DNA of 63,266 bases, filler included, from Octopus bimaculoides (GCF_001194135.2; 6 parts of 5 records of this genome joined end to end with filler, not necessarily neighbours in it); one strand, 5' to 3'. Shown: positions 11,493 to 24,681, numbered from the whole stretch's first letter. The notes: generated by a model not told the origin, from the sequence alone. Made by a program: numbers and translations.

Positions 11493-11699
11493 TTCTTAGA
11501 ATGCGTATATTACCCATATAATTATGATTAACTGAAATAGAATGTTCGTGTATCTGCGATGCGGTCAGTGTAAAAAAAAAAGTACTAGCTACTCCTGTGG
11601 ATAGATTTAAGATTGAATCAGATAATTTTCCTGTTTTTACGTTTGGTATTATTTGTTGTGGGTTGCTCTGTTCTTTGCAGTTTGGTTTTGGAACCACCA

Positions 11700-12130
11700 C
11701 TAGCTAGAACTTGTCGAATGTTTCTCTATATGATGGAAGGTTAGATATGCAGATTTTAATGTTGTCTGTAATGTACTCTTTGACGATGAACACGTGACTA
11801 AAACTATATATTATATATACTTGTATTGTTTCCTCGTTAGCTCTAAAGTATGCGTAGTACCGGCTGGATGTGTTGGGTTTAGCAAATTTGTCTTCAGGCT
11901 TGTGTATATCATAATTTTGAAATGAATTTTTTCAAAATTTTCCTTTAATGTTTGTTTGTGTCGTATAACCTTATATTGTAGGATGTTGTTATTTCACTGT
12001 CTCTATGCTAGTAGATCTTGTTATATTTTTCAGTCTGTATATGTATTATTCGACTAGACTGAAAATTTCTGCTCCGTGGAAACAATCAACCGATTGAAAA
12101 AGAGTTCTTTAATTATCACTAAGTAACAAT
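11700..12130 (-). mobile_element. Penelope-like element RT relic
   Basis: DCFHGAEIFSLVE resembles PLE MGSxDGAExCELVG; IKICISNLPSYRETFDKF resembles the PLE thumb motif ISxLSSxEExF. Confidence 0.5.
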
Positions 12131-12347
12131 GATTTCCAATTATTCGTAATAATATTAATATTAATGATGGTTATGGTTGTATATGTTTATCCAAAATTCT
12201 ACAGCTCCCAAGAGAATTCCCTTTGGGTCAAGAAACATCAACAAGAAGCAGAAATAATTTACATATCTATAAAAGTAAAAGCATTCACAGATGTCTCAGA
12301 TAATATAGAGAATATACTGGAGTATATTTTGTTTTGTTTTCTGTATA

Positions 12348-12685
12348 CAGGCATACCTTAACTTACGTCGGTAATTGATTCCAAGGCATTCGACATAACT
12401 CGAAAAACCACATAACACGAAAAAAACATGTTAGACACTAAATTGCTTATATCTGTTTTAAATATACAGTTTATACATATTTTTACATGCATTTTATTTG
12501 ATTTTTTACTTCAATATTAGCTTTTAAACGATTTATAAAATTTCTTTATGCTTTTAAATGCGTTGGCTGAGATTGACGTAAAGTTAAATAAATTTGACTT
12601 TTTTCCCCTTGAATTTCTTAAAAAAAAAATGTGATATAATTCGACTTAGACGTAACGCGAAACAACGTAAGTTGAGGTGTGTCTA
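12348..12685. mobile_element. pogo/Tigger-like MITE
   Basis: TIRs CAGGCATACCTTAACTTACG (12348-12367) and CGTAAGTTGAGGTGTGTCTA (12666-12685), 16/20 complementary, TA on both flanks. Confidence 0.65.
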
Positions 12686-12742
12686 TATATTTTATTAATA
12701 CAAAAGTACAACTATATATTGCTTCTTTTAAAAATGCTGTAG

Positions 12743-12978
12743 TTTCTTATTCCTTTATTGCCCACAAGGGGCTAAACATAGAGGGGACAAACAAGGACAG
12801 ACAAAGGAATTAAGTCGATTACATCGACCCCAGTGCGTAACTGGTACTTAATTTATCGACCCCGAAAGGATGAAAGGCAAAGTCGACCTCGACGGAATTT
12901 GAACTCAGAACGTAACGGCAGACGAAATACCGCTAAGCATTTCGCCCGGCGTGCTAACGTTTCTGCCAGCTTACTGCC
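12743..12978 (-). mobile_element. SINE family 1, A-type, near full length
   Basis: Complete head, body and tail. Confidence 0.92.
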
Positions 12979-13504
12979 TTATGCTGTAGTTTCTAGCTGT
13001 ATGCAGGCCAATATAGTTCTGTTGTTGTTTACATATTTCATGAGCATTCACTTCTGTTTTTGTGTATAGATGTCTTTCGCATATTGCATATTTTCCTTTT
13101 CCTGTTCAATTCAATGGCAGCTTTCGGTCTTTTCCCTTATGTTAACTCTATTGTCATTATAGAGATGTCATGCTTGAAGTCGTTTCCACGGTTTGAAAAT
13201 AACATTAATTCCTCACCCTTCTATTATATTTCATTATACTATATTGAGCTGCTTTAATATATTACTTACTTAAGAGTTGTACTTACCCCTGCACCATCAA
13301 CTCCTATTCTGGCTTTGACAGCAAAAAGAGATATTGCCTGAATTTATTAATTTCCTTCTGTTCATAAGTAATATAGAAGTACTATTATTCTCTCTTCCTC
13401 TCCTTCGCACCCCTCCTCGTCGTCGTCGTCATCATCATTTCTTGTAATTTCATCATGAACTTGTGACTTTGTAATCCCGTACGGCAGACATAATCCTTGT
13501 TTCA

Positions 13505-13739
13505 TTCTTAATTCTTTACTGCCCACAAGGGGCTATACACAGAGGAGACAAACAAAGACAGACAAACGAATTAAGTCGATCATATTGACCTCAGTGCGTA
13601 ACTGGTACATATTTAATCGACCCCGAAAGGATGAAAGGCAAAGTCGACCTCGGCGGAATTTGAACTCAGAATGTAGCGGCAGACGAAATACCGCTAAGCA
13701 TTTCGCCCGGCGTGCTAACGTTTCTGCCAACACGCCGCC
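13505..13739 (-). mobile_element. SINE family 1, A-type, near full length
   Basis: Complete head, body and tail. Confidence 0.92.
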
Positions 13740-13890
13740 TTTCATTCTAATACATTCTAACACATGCATTTAAACTATATTTAAATGCAGAATTTTCTGA
13801 GTTTTCCCCCTAACATTAATACAAAGTTTAATTCCTTCCCCAAGCACCAGTAAATTATATTTCTGTATTTAACTTTGCTAAAGATATTTT

Positions 13891-14050
13891 GGCGGAGCGC
13901 TGGCAGAACTGTTAACACACCGGGCGAAATGCGTAGCGGTATTTCGTTCACCCTTACGTTCTGAATTCAAATTCCATTGATGCCGAATTTGCCTTTCATT
14001 CTTTCAGGGTCGATAAAATAAGTATCAGTCGAGCACTGGGGTCGATGTAC
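13891..14050 (+). mobile_element. SINE family 1, 3'-truncated
   Basis: GGCGGAGCGCTGGCAGAA head through CTGGGGTCGATGTA. Confidence 0.85.
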
Positions 14051-14375
14051 GAGTATAAAAACTGCATCTCTCTGCCAAGCCATGTCAAGCTAGTTTGACA
14101 GAAGACACTCATCGAAAATTAGTATGATCTCAAACCCAAAATTCATGGCCTCCACATCAGACCGTGGTTGGTAGAAAGAACATGCTAAAGCCTTCGTCCT
14201 GTAGTGGACTGAACATAGGCAATCCGATCCAATCCAATCTCAGAACATTTGTAATGTCTCTCTCCTAATATGATANNNNNNNNNNNNNNNNNNNNNNNNN
14301 NNNNNNNNNNNNNNNNNNNTTAATTAATTAANNNNNNNNNNNNNNNNNNNNNNNNNNNNNNNNNNNNNNNNNNNN

Positions 14376-14545
14376 TTTAAGTCGACCACATCGACCCCAG
14401 TGCGTAATTGGTACTTAATTTATCGACCCCGAAAGGATGAAAGGCAAAGTCGACCTCGGCGGAATTTGAACTCAGAACGCAGTGGCAGACGAAATACCAC
14501 TAAGCATTTCGCCCGGCGTGCTAACGTTTCTGCCAGCTCGCCGCC
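14376..14545 (-). mobile_element. SINE family 1, cut by gap
   Basis: Body and head intact. Confidence 0.9.
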
Positions 14546-14555
14546 CTTATATTTA

Positions 14556-14599
<44 letters not shown>

Positions 14600-14874
14600 C
14601 GTGTGTGTGTGTGTGTGTGTTTACACATATATACATTCAAGCACACACACAGACACACACACTCACACACACACACACACATACATATATATATTCTTTT
14701 ATTGCTTTACTTTTTTACTCGTTTCAGCCGTGCGGCGGCGGTCATGCTGGTGCACCAATATATCAAATTAATTTTGGATAGGCACACACACATATTTAGT
14801 CCGTTATTTCCATCGATTTACGTCTTCTGTTGTTATACACGTAGTTTTCTTTCTCTCACACTCTCCCCCCCCCC

Positions 14875-14952
<78 letters not shown>

Positions 14953-16853
14953 AAAACTGAAGATTTTTGTTCATAGTTTATTTTGTTCATAAATTATTCG
15001 GATACAAAGAGAGATGAGAAGGAAAAGATTAGAATAGTAGAATTCTAAAATATTTCTGAAAAATCTTGTAAATGTGTGAAGAATGTGTTATTTGTGGTAA
15101 TGGATTTGACTTCACTTGAACATTGTGCTGGTATGTGTGGGTGTTTCAATGAGAAATTTCTATTTTAGCAAGGATAGCGTTTGCACAGACTGTCTTGAAA
15201 TGGCCGAAACAACTGCAAGGTGAGAAACGAGACTTTTAATCAGCAACAACTATCGATCTTTTACCGTCGGGTGCTGCTAACCTGGGTAGAAGTGACGCAG
15301 TATGGGATATGCTGGTGTATTTCTTCACCTATTCTGTCCATTCACTTTTACCATTTCGTTCCATTATATATCAGCACACGTTTCTTTCTTCATTCTTTAT
15401 TTCGCTATTTCTACATTTCAACATGTTTCTAACAATTACTCCTTTTCATACGAACGTACGTTTGTAGAATCATAATTCACTCATTCGTTCTACCTCTCTC
15501 TTTCTCCCTCCTTCTCTCTCTCTCTCTCCTTCTCTCTCCTTCTCTCTGCCTCTCTCTCGCGCACACACGTACACACACACACAAACACACATGCGCGCAC
15601 TCATGCACACATGTAAATATACACATACATAGAATGAGAGAAACTATATATNNNNNNNNNNNNNNNNNNNNNNNNNNNNNNNNNNNNNNNNNNNNNNNNN
15701 NNNNNNNNNNNNNNNNNNNNNNNNNNNNNNNNNNNNNNNNNNNNNNNNNNNNNNNNNNNNNNNNNNNNNNNNNNNNNNNNNNNNNNNNNNNNNNNNNNNN
15801 NNNNNNNNNNNNNNNNNNNNNNNNNNNNNNNNNNNNNNNNNNNNNNNNNNNNNNNNNNNNNNNNNNNNNNNNNNNNNNNNNNNNNNNNNNNNNNNNNNNN
15901 NNNNNNNNNNNNNNNNNNNNNNNNNNNNNNNNNNNNNNNNNNNNNNNNNNNNNNNNNNNNNNNNNNNNNNNNNNNNNNNNNNNNNNNNNNNNNNNNNNNN
16001 NNNNNNNNNNNNNNNNNNNNNNNNNNNNNNNNNNNNNNNNNNNNNNNNNNNNNNNNNNNNNNNNNNNNNNNNNNNNNNNNNNNNNNNNNNNNNNNNNNNN
16101 NNNNNNNNNNNNNNNNNNNNNNNNNNNNNNNNNNNNNNNNNNNNNNNNNNNNNNNNNNNNNNNNNNNNNNNNNNNNNNNNNNNNNNNNNNNNNNNNNNNN
16201 NNNNNNNNNNNNNNNNNNNNNNNNNNNNNNNNNNNNNNNNNNNNNNNNNNNNNNNNNNNNNNNNNNNNNNNNNNNNNNNNNNNNNNNNNNNNNNNNNNNN
16301 NNNNNNNNNNNNNNNNNNNNNNNNNNNNNNNNNNNNNNNNNNNNNNNNNNNNNNNNNNNNNNNGATAGATAGATAGATAGATAGATAGATGGATGGAGAT
16401 AGATGGGGGGGGGTGATACATAGATAGAGAGAGAGGGGGTGATAGATAGAGAGAGAGAGGGGGGGAGTGATGGATAGATAGATAGATAGATAGATAGATA
16501 AAATATGAATTTATAATAAAATCATTAGTGTGTGCGAGAAATAAATACAATCGGAGAAAGATATAAATATTTATATTCTTGGGTATGTGTTGAGTGCATA
16601 TGCGTGAGAGTGTGTGTACATTACTAGAGAACTATACACAAAGAAGACCAAGAGCATGTTGTATCATCTGTTTTATATACAGACATGTACTTGCTCATCT
16701 CTTCGACTACAAAAGATAGAAATTACGAAAATTTAAGTTGGTATGGAGTAAATAGATTTTCATAAAGGTTGCAGTTCTCTCTCACTCTCTGTATATATAC
16801 ATATGTGACTGTGTGTGTGTGTTTTCAAACATTGAAGTTTGAAGCGTATGTAA

Positions 16854-17268
16854 CCCTTTCTATTATAGGCACAAGCGGAGACTTGTTGATTACATTGCCT
16901 CCATTTATCGACTGGTGCCCAATTTATCAAACCCGAAAGGGATGAAAAAGCAAACTTGACCCAAAGGAATTTGAACTCAGAACGTAAAGACGGACGAAAT
17001 ATCGCTGAGCATTTTGCCCAACGTACTAACGATTCTTATTTCTTCATTGCACACAAGGGGCTAAACATAGAGAGGACAAACAAGGACAGACAAAGGGAGT
17101 AAGTTGATTACATCGACCCCAGTACGCCACTGGTACTTAATTTATCGACCCCGAAAGGATGAAAGGGAAAGTCAACCTCGGCGGAATTTGATCTCAGAGC
17201 GTAACGGCAGACGAAATACCGCTAAACATTTCGCCCGGCGTGCTAACGTTTCTGCCAGCTCGCCGCCT
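16854..17268 (-). mobile_element. SINE family 1 head-to-tail dimer (A-type then truncated B-type)
   Basis: Junction near 17033 joins the A tail to the truncated head of the second copy. Confidence 0.85.
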
Positions 17269-17290
17269 TATGTAAAGCCGTAAATAATAG

Positions 17291-17497
17291 CAAGCAAATT
17301 TTGGCTGAAGGACAACAATTTGAGTGGAAGGGTCAAGTCGATGACATCGACCCCAGTGCTCAACTGGTACTTCATCAATCAACCCCGAAACAGATGAAAG
17401 GCAGATTGACCTCGGTGGAATTTGAACTCATAACATAAAGACAGACGAAATGCTGATAAGCATTTTTGCCCAGCGTGCTGCTGATTCAGCCAGCTAG
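17291..17497 (-). mobile_element. SINE family 1, diverged
   Basis: ATCGACCCCAGTGCTCAACTGGTAC...GGAATTTGAACTCA. Confidence 0.82.
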
Positions 17498-18616
17498 GCA
17501 CTATAATTAAAGCTTGTAAATATTGAGTTGAAAATCCTTTTTGGATAGAAAATGTCGAAGGCTTTATACACAGGAATTTTCAATTGGTCGGATAACTGAA
17601 GAGATGCTGGCGTGGGCTCCCACCCTGGCATCTGAAACTCGGAGTTTTATCATGGCTACTGAATAAGTGTCATATATGTTTACAGATATATATATATATA
17701 TATATATANNNNNNNNNNNNNNNNNNNNNNNNNNNNNNNNNNNNNNNNNNNNNNNNNNNNNNNNNNNNNNNNNNNNNNNNNNNNNNNNNNNNNNNNNNNN
17801 NNNNNNNNNNNNNNNNNNNNNNNNNNNNNNNNNNNNNNNNNNNNNNNNNNNNNNNNNNNNNNNNNNNNNNNNNNNNNNNNNNNNNNNNNNNNNNNNNNNN
17901 NNNNNNNNNNNNNNNNNNNNNNNNNNNNNNNNNNNNNNNNNNNNNNNNNNNNNNNNNNNNNNNNNNNNNNNNNNNNNNNNNNNNNNNNNNGGGGGGGGGG
18001 GCGTGTTAGTGTTTTGTGAGAAGGGAAAAGTCTCTTTTGTTGTTTCCACATTGCTGATATCTGAAGAAAACATATTTATATTCAATTACAGTTGACATCG
18101 GAGACTTCCCTCTACTCTTATGTTATTGTCGTATGAGAGCAAGATGTAATGGAAATGCATGCAAAACACCTGTTTTCATAGTTTATGTATAAACCGAAGT
18201 AGAGTCGGCATAATTTGGCAGCTAATCTGTATATAATAATAGGGGATATAAAGGTTGACTGGTTGGTTGGTTGGTATCTTCAGTCACGCTTTACATCGTA
18301 CAGGGGGAAAGAGAGTAATAGATAGATTAGAGAGTTAACATAAGAGGTCCAAAAACGAGTGCACGTACTAGAGTTGATGGCAGGTTTTAGGTAAATGAAA
18401 GCTTTGCAGATGCACACATAGACACACAGAGCGAGAGAGAGTGAAACACATAAAGACAAAGAGGAAATGTCTGTGTGTGCATGTATACACAAAACACACA
18501 CACACACTCATGCACACACACATATATATTCACACATGCACAGTGAGTGAAAGAGAATGTGAGAAGGAGTGTGACAGAGAGAGTGTAAGAAAGAGTGTGA
18601 GAGAGAGGGTGAGAGA

Positions 18617-18667
<51 letters not shown>

Positions 18668-18999
18668 GAAGGGATGGAGTGTGAGTGCGTCTGTAAACTT
18701 CTACGGAGAGTAATTTTTTGTTCAACATTTCTTTTATTATATTCTAATGTAATAAATATTTTTCTTTTGAGAATTAGTTTTCATAGCATTTTGAGTAAGT
18801 ACCAAGAAATTTGATAAAAGTTTAATTATCATTATTGTATGTATGCCATATTTCCTGGTATTACTGCTGGTGTCAAAAGTATACTTCCAAAGTTATCCAT
18901 TATATGACGGGTCACACTCTAGTTAACAGAAGATACGCTTGATATGTGGCATAAGTAAAAATTTATCGATCATTTCAAATGATCGATAAATTTTTACTT

Positions 19000-19260
19000 T
19001 TAAAGATTATGAAATAGTCTCACATCCATTGAAGAATTAACTATAGTAATGTATGCATGTGTTTCCATGACTGTATCCAGTTGCTGGACCCTGGGAGGGA
19101 GTTCCAGAGTTTTGAAGAATGTAGAACCACTATTGTTCACAGATCTACTCTGACCTGGAATAGCAATTCTTGTTAGGATCCCAGCTTTGGGGTTAACTAG
19201 CATGTGAACCTCTGGGAGTGAAAGATCTATAGTTCTCGTTAGAGCTTCTAGGAGAAGATA
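19000..19260 (-). mobile_element. LINE ORF2 C-terminal fragment (CR1/Jockey-like)
   Basis: HSSKLWNSLP matches the common LWNxLP C-terminal motif. Confidence 0.4.
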
Positions 19261-19509
19261 AACTCGTATAAAAACAACAACAACAACAACAACATAATAT
19301 GCAGTTGGTTTCGGGTCATTTCAACCTTTGTTGCGCCGCTGGTTTTGTAGCTGATTGCCCTGGAAAGTGGCTTGAATGCTGTACAACACTATACACTCAA
19401 TACACACTCACTTCCACCAGGTATGCATGCATGTATGTATGTATGTATGTATGTATGTATGTATGTATGTGAGTGTGTGTGTATGCATGCATGTATGTAT
19501 GTATGTATG

Positions 19510-19975
19510 AATGTATTTTTTCATTAAGCTTTAAGCTCTTCATAAGAGAGTTTAAGCCGGTCGCTACCAAAGCGACAAGACTTTTTAAGCTAAGAGAGTT
19601 CCCGGCGTTTGTAAATATGTGGTTGAGTTGGTGCGTTGGTTGAGTTATCCATGCAACACCCAAGTGTGTGCATCTCATCACCAAAAGATTCTCAGAGGGG
19701 GAATTTTTGGAATGTCTTACAAATCTTGACAGTACTTTTCCTCTTTCTTCGGCAAAACCAAGTGTTTCTAGGTTTTCGTGGGTACAAATTTGTAATGGAT
19801 CTATAGAGATTGATTCAAATGAGAATTTATAGTCAGGGTACAAGAGCTGTAAGTTCCGTATTCACTATAAATGCTCTCTTTCCCTGGACTTTTGATGGTA
19901 CATCCACATCCACTGGGCAGCTGACCTCTACAACAGTGCATGTATGTCAGGTCATTTGTGAGGTCTCTCATGACT
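19510..19975 (-). mobile_element. RLE-type (R4/NeSL-like) non-LTR retrotransposon, endonuclease C-terminus and 3' UTR
   Basis: CTVVEVSCP, YPDYKFSF, NLETLGF, TVKICKTFQKF; same end as the 52.4-53.9 kb relic. Confidence 0.65.
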
Positions 19976-20934
19976 GCTACTGGTAACATGGTACGTAGTA
20001 GAACCTGCTGCATGGTTAGGTGGTCGGTGACTAAACCGACACCTCCACTAAGCTTGCCTGGTGAGGAGGGTTGCTATAAACCGAGCACGACTAAAAGGAA
20101 GACTTGTCAAAAGTACGCATGAACCTAGTGTAGGTAAACGACTATCTAGCAACAGCATGGGCCCTCATATTATTATATGATCGAACGCCATGCATCCATT
20201 TCCAAGTAAGTTTTATCTTAATAGTTCTGATGCGATACTTTATAACTATCCTATCACTATCTCTATTCCCCCTCTCTTATTCTTCTTTCTTTCTGTTTTT
20301 CTCGCCCACCCTTTCTCTTATTCTCCTCCCCTTCATCGTTCTCTTTCTCTCCCTCACCCTTCCTCCTTGACTCCCTCGTTGCTCACACGTGACCTGCGGC
20401 TATCTTCCTTTCTTCTCCTTGCCTTACAAGAGACGACACGCATTTTTCCTGTCTGCTGTCAAAGCTCGAATGTTTTAATGAATGTCCCAGGCGTTCGAAA
20501 CGCGAAGTAGATAAAACAAGGGACAACTGACGAAGAGAAAAAATGTTCGTTTTCCATGTTCTGTTTTCCCTGTTCTCGTTTTTCATGTTGTTCACATTTT
20601 TTTACGTCCTGTACCCATATATGTGTATATATATATATATATATATGTAGGCATGTACATACGTGTATGTATATATTCATATATATATANNNNNNNNNNN
20701 NNNNNNNNNNNNNNNNNNNNNNNNNNNNNNNNNNNNNNNNNNNNNNNNNNNNNNNNNNNNNNNNNNNNNNNNNNNNNNNNNNNNTCGATTTCAAAACAGA
20801 GGTTAGATTGCTGAAAGTTTAAAAACTCCACTTGATTTAGCGACATTTTCTCGTCTCTTTACATTCTGAATTCAAGAAACACGAAGATAAACTTTAGAAT
20901 AAGTAACAGTTGAGCAAAGAGATCAATGTTATAG

Positions 20935-21180
20935 GCTAGCTCCCCCTCCATCTCCCCCAAATTTCAGGCGTTGTGCCTAGAAACGTTAGCACACCGGGCG
21001 AAATGCTTAGCGATATTTCGTCTGTCCTTACGTTCTGCGTTCAAATTCCGCCGAGGTCGACTTTGCCTTTCCTCCTTTCGGGGTCGATAAATTAAGTACC
21101 ATTTGCGTACTGGGGTCGATCTAATCTACTGGCCCTCTCCCCCAAAATTTCGGGCCTTGTGCCTAGAGTAGAAAAGATTA
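20935..21180 (+). mobile_element. SINE family 1, B tail remnant fused to a 5'-truncated B-type copy
   Basis: TTGTGCCTAG|AAACGTTAGCAC junction at 20980. Confidence 0.85.
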
Positions 21181-21274
21181 TTTTTATTATTGTTATTATC
21201 ATTATTTTTATTATTATTATTATTATAGTGTTGTTGTTGTTGTTGTTTTTTGTTTTTTTTTCTTGCGGGGCTAC

Positions 21275-21709
21275 AAATATACGAAGTCCAATATACCCAT
21301 CACGACTAGCCAATGACCTGCTATGCAGGGCTCAATTAGAATTTTCTTCAGGTCGAGTAGCCCATCCCTCTCAAAAGGTCTTCGAATAAGGATTGTTTGA
21401 GGATGATTAGCGAAACGCCTGTTTGTCCAGAGGAGGATTATTAAATCCCACCAAAATTCCTCTCAACTCATGGCTATGATGTTCCCCGCACTACTATTGC
21501 TTGTGATCAGAGATGCACATATCATCAGCCACCAAGGGACATGCTCAACTTGTTAAGGTCAAGCAACTGACAAACAAATCTGTGGTATTGTGCACAATAT
21601 TTGCCGTAGTCCATCTTTTGTACGAAAACAAAAACATATACATGATAATAATTCCAATCAGTTAAGATCAGAAGCCATGAGAACCTCTACCTGGTATTGC
21701 ATCAGGGCA
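21275..21709 (-). mobile_element. Unclassified (AAT)n-associated element, internally deleted and lacking its right end
   Basis: Reverse complement aligns by eye with 33568-34122 and 35698-36249. Confidence 0.85.
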
Positions 21710-22093
21710 TTTATTCTTCTTCTTCAGAATTATTATCATGCACTGCGAATGTTTGGCCCTGCACCATTCTTATCATGTTAAATATTTCATATGCCGACAT
21801 TAATTAGAAAAGAGCAATTAATTTTAGTCTAAGTAATATCAAAACTAATGAATTGGGAAGTAAGATAATGAGAGACTTCAGTAAAATTTGAATTCATGTA
21901 TGATAAATTATGAGTTTCAATACTATCTTGTCAACTAAAGTGTATGTGAATCCAACAAATATACCTAACACAGTAGATCTATTACAGGAATTGGTAATAG
22001 AAAATTTAAATAATAATAGTGAAAAGAGCATAAGCGATACATACAACATTTCGGAATATCGAGTTCAGAGAAGATTTGTATGTACTAAAAATA

Positions 22094-22315
22094 CTTTTCT
22101 ACTCTAGGCACAAGGCCCGAATTTTTTTTTTTTNNNNNNNNNNGGGGGGGGTCCATTAGATCTACACAGTACGCAACTGGTACTTAATTCATCGACCCCG
22201 AAAGGATGAAAGGCAAAGTCGACCTCGGCGGAATTTGAACTTCAGAACGTATAAACAGAAGAAATACCGCTAAGCATTTCGCCCGGCGTGCTAACGATTC
22301 TACCAGCTCACCGCC
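22094..22315 (-). mobile_element. SINE family 1, B-type
   Basis: Complete head, body and tail. Confidence 0.9.
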
Positions 22316-22859
22316 TTTTGTGTGTACTAAAAATAGCATCAGCACAAGCATTACGTGTTCTGAACTGATGACTACCAGGTAATTTTTCACGATGCAAACA
22401 AACGACTAAACACTATTCTTTCCACATAAATACATACATGTTCACACAAAATCTACATACTTTATAATGGAGTCAGGTACCCCCAAAATAATCGGTATAG
22501 TAATGATTGCAACTTGGTGTAGACTATGACCTTGAAGTGGACGCCTAAATTAAGATTTTTACTGTAGATACATATATAAATACGAAACTATTAGACGGAT
22601 AAAGTTAGGAAGAAAACTGGAATCATTCGCCATGGATTTTTCAAAGACGAAAATCGGTTCGGTCGGTTCTCAAGTTTTTTTTTTAATGTTTATATTAATA
22701 TTTTTTTATATTGCAATTTATGAAAAGATACATCTTTGGTTACATGTTTCGAATGTACCAATCAGTGGTTCACAACATTCTTGCATTGGATTTACTCAAG
22801 ACAAATTATTCAATAATCAGTCCTACAAACCCGATTTATTTTAACTGAGCTGTCACCAG

Positions 22860-23170
22860 CTAAGTTTGCAGCGCAATTCATCAACATCTTAGTACTGAGG
22901 CCTGAACCAAACTTTCTGACCAGAAAAGAACACTTTTCTCCCCAAATCTTATAGATTTCAGATCAAACTGACAATCATTGCTCAAACATACCAGCCAATG
23001 TACTTGGCAGTGTTCAAAGGAAACAACATTTTAGACTGAGATTGTGGTGCTATAGTCAAAGGATTTACAACAGCATAATTGGTACCTTAGATTTGTCTTA
23101 TAATTGGTTGTCAAGCATTAGAATAGTTGTATCACAGGTTGTCTGACATCCAACAGGGTATCAGTTTGCT
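22860..23170 (+). mobile_element. Possible decayed RLE-class RT thumb fragment
   Basis: RLWCYSQRIYNSIIGTLDLSYNWL loosely resembles R2/HERO-type thumb; weak. Confidence 0.25.
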
Positions 23171-23255
23171 GAAGTTATTATCGTTAAACAGAAAGGTGAG
23201 GGGGGAGAAGGAACGAGAGAGATAGAGAGAGAGAGAGATAGAGATAGAGAGAGAT

Positions 23256-23300
<45 letters not shown>

Positions 23301-23595
23301 AGACGAGTCTATGTACCAAATTCAGAATATTGAGACACTCAGTATAGCAACCACAACCATTCCCCGCCCATAACTGCCAGGCAGTAATTGATTGTCACTT
23401 TACTTGAGTTATTTTCTGAATCCCACGGTTGTTAAGATATTATTTGTTATTTTGTTACTGTTGGTGATACTCCTATTATTTCTGCCACTGTTGTTGTTGA
23501 TTTTGCTGTTTTCGTTTATCCTTTATGTTTTGTTATTTCGTTATCCTTAGTGGTGTTGTTGCCATCAGATGCGGAAATCTTTTTGTAGCTGTTCA

Positions 23596-23651
<56 letters not shown>

Positions 23652-24041
23652 TATTATTATTTGTCGTTATGTAAGTTAGTTACCATTGCCACTGTTAATT
23701 TCCTAACGTTTATGTTTTCGTAATCGTTACGACTGTTGTTAAGTATTCATAAATCTCAAACTTCACAGTGTGTGACCGCATCCAAAAAAACAACGTGAAA
23801 AAATATGGTTATTTCGTATTCAAGATGTTTTATTCAAAACACCTGAAATGCAACACCTACATGCTTATCCTTATCTCACTTCCAAACATTTCTATTCTCT
23901 TTTCTACCGCATATTTCTCTTCTGACTCTCCCTCTCTTTATCCGCCTATACCCCCTGCATGTGGCTAGTTACAGCAGCGTATGATACCCGATTCTTCTTC
24001 TTCTTCTTCTTCTTCTTCTTCTTCTTCTCCTTCTTCTTCTG

Positions 24042-24093
<52 letters not shown>

Positions 24094-24582
24094 AACTGCT
24101 ACTACTATATCAACATCGTGCAACGTTGGCTGACTTGGCAATTTTATTGAATCCCATTCTTCTTAACCAATATTAATAACCAATAATACAGAAACTAATG
24201 TTGCTGATTTGGTTAACATTAACAGCTCCTGGCATTCGCTTCCACTACTGAGACTGCTTATTACTCCTGTATAGTTGTCATCGCTATTGTCACTACTAGT
24301 ACAACAACAACAACAACTACAACAACATCTACCACTGCTATTACTACAGATGATGTTATTGCCTTCGAAATCCACTGAAGAACCGCAATCTATTACTATT
24401 AATGCTGCGATTATTACCTTACCGATTCGGCTGGTACAACCACGACGAGTAGTAGTAAAATACAAGGTTCCAACAGCTTCCAGAACAGACCATCACCATT
24501 AAATAAACTACGTAGCTACTTGTTGTAACTGGAAGTGATATATAGATCGAAATGGAGATTGTCAAGAGAAAAGGAAAAAGAA

Positions 24583-24681
<99 letters not shown>

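Noticed and set aside
12833-13069. Recurrent peptide MRNWYLIYRPRKDERQSRPRRNLNSE (also 13585, 14400, 58375)
   Set aside because: Antisense translation of SINE family 1, not a gene family.
13287-13337. 51-nt exon-like segment (AISLFAVKARIGVDGAG) with GTAAGT donor
   Set aside because: Poor acceptor and no recognisable homology; expected by chance.
20527-20560. CUGACGA followed by a weak stem
   Set aside because: No GAAA or cleavage triplet follows.
22738-22800. Minus-strand GAAUGU/ACAUUC stem then GAAACAUGUA
   Set aside because: No CUGANGA and no helix I partner.
23053-23125. LRR-like peptide TLDLSYNWLSSI
   Set aside because: Single motif in a short stop-bounded frame; a retroelement relic or chance is as likely.
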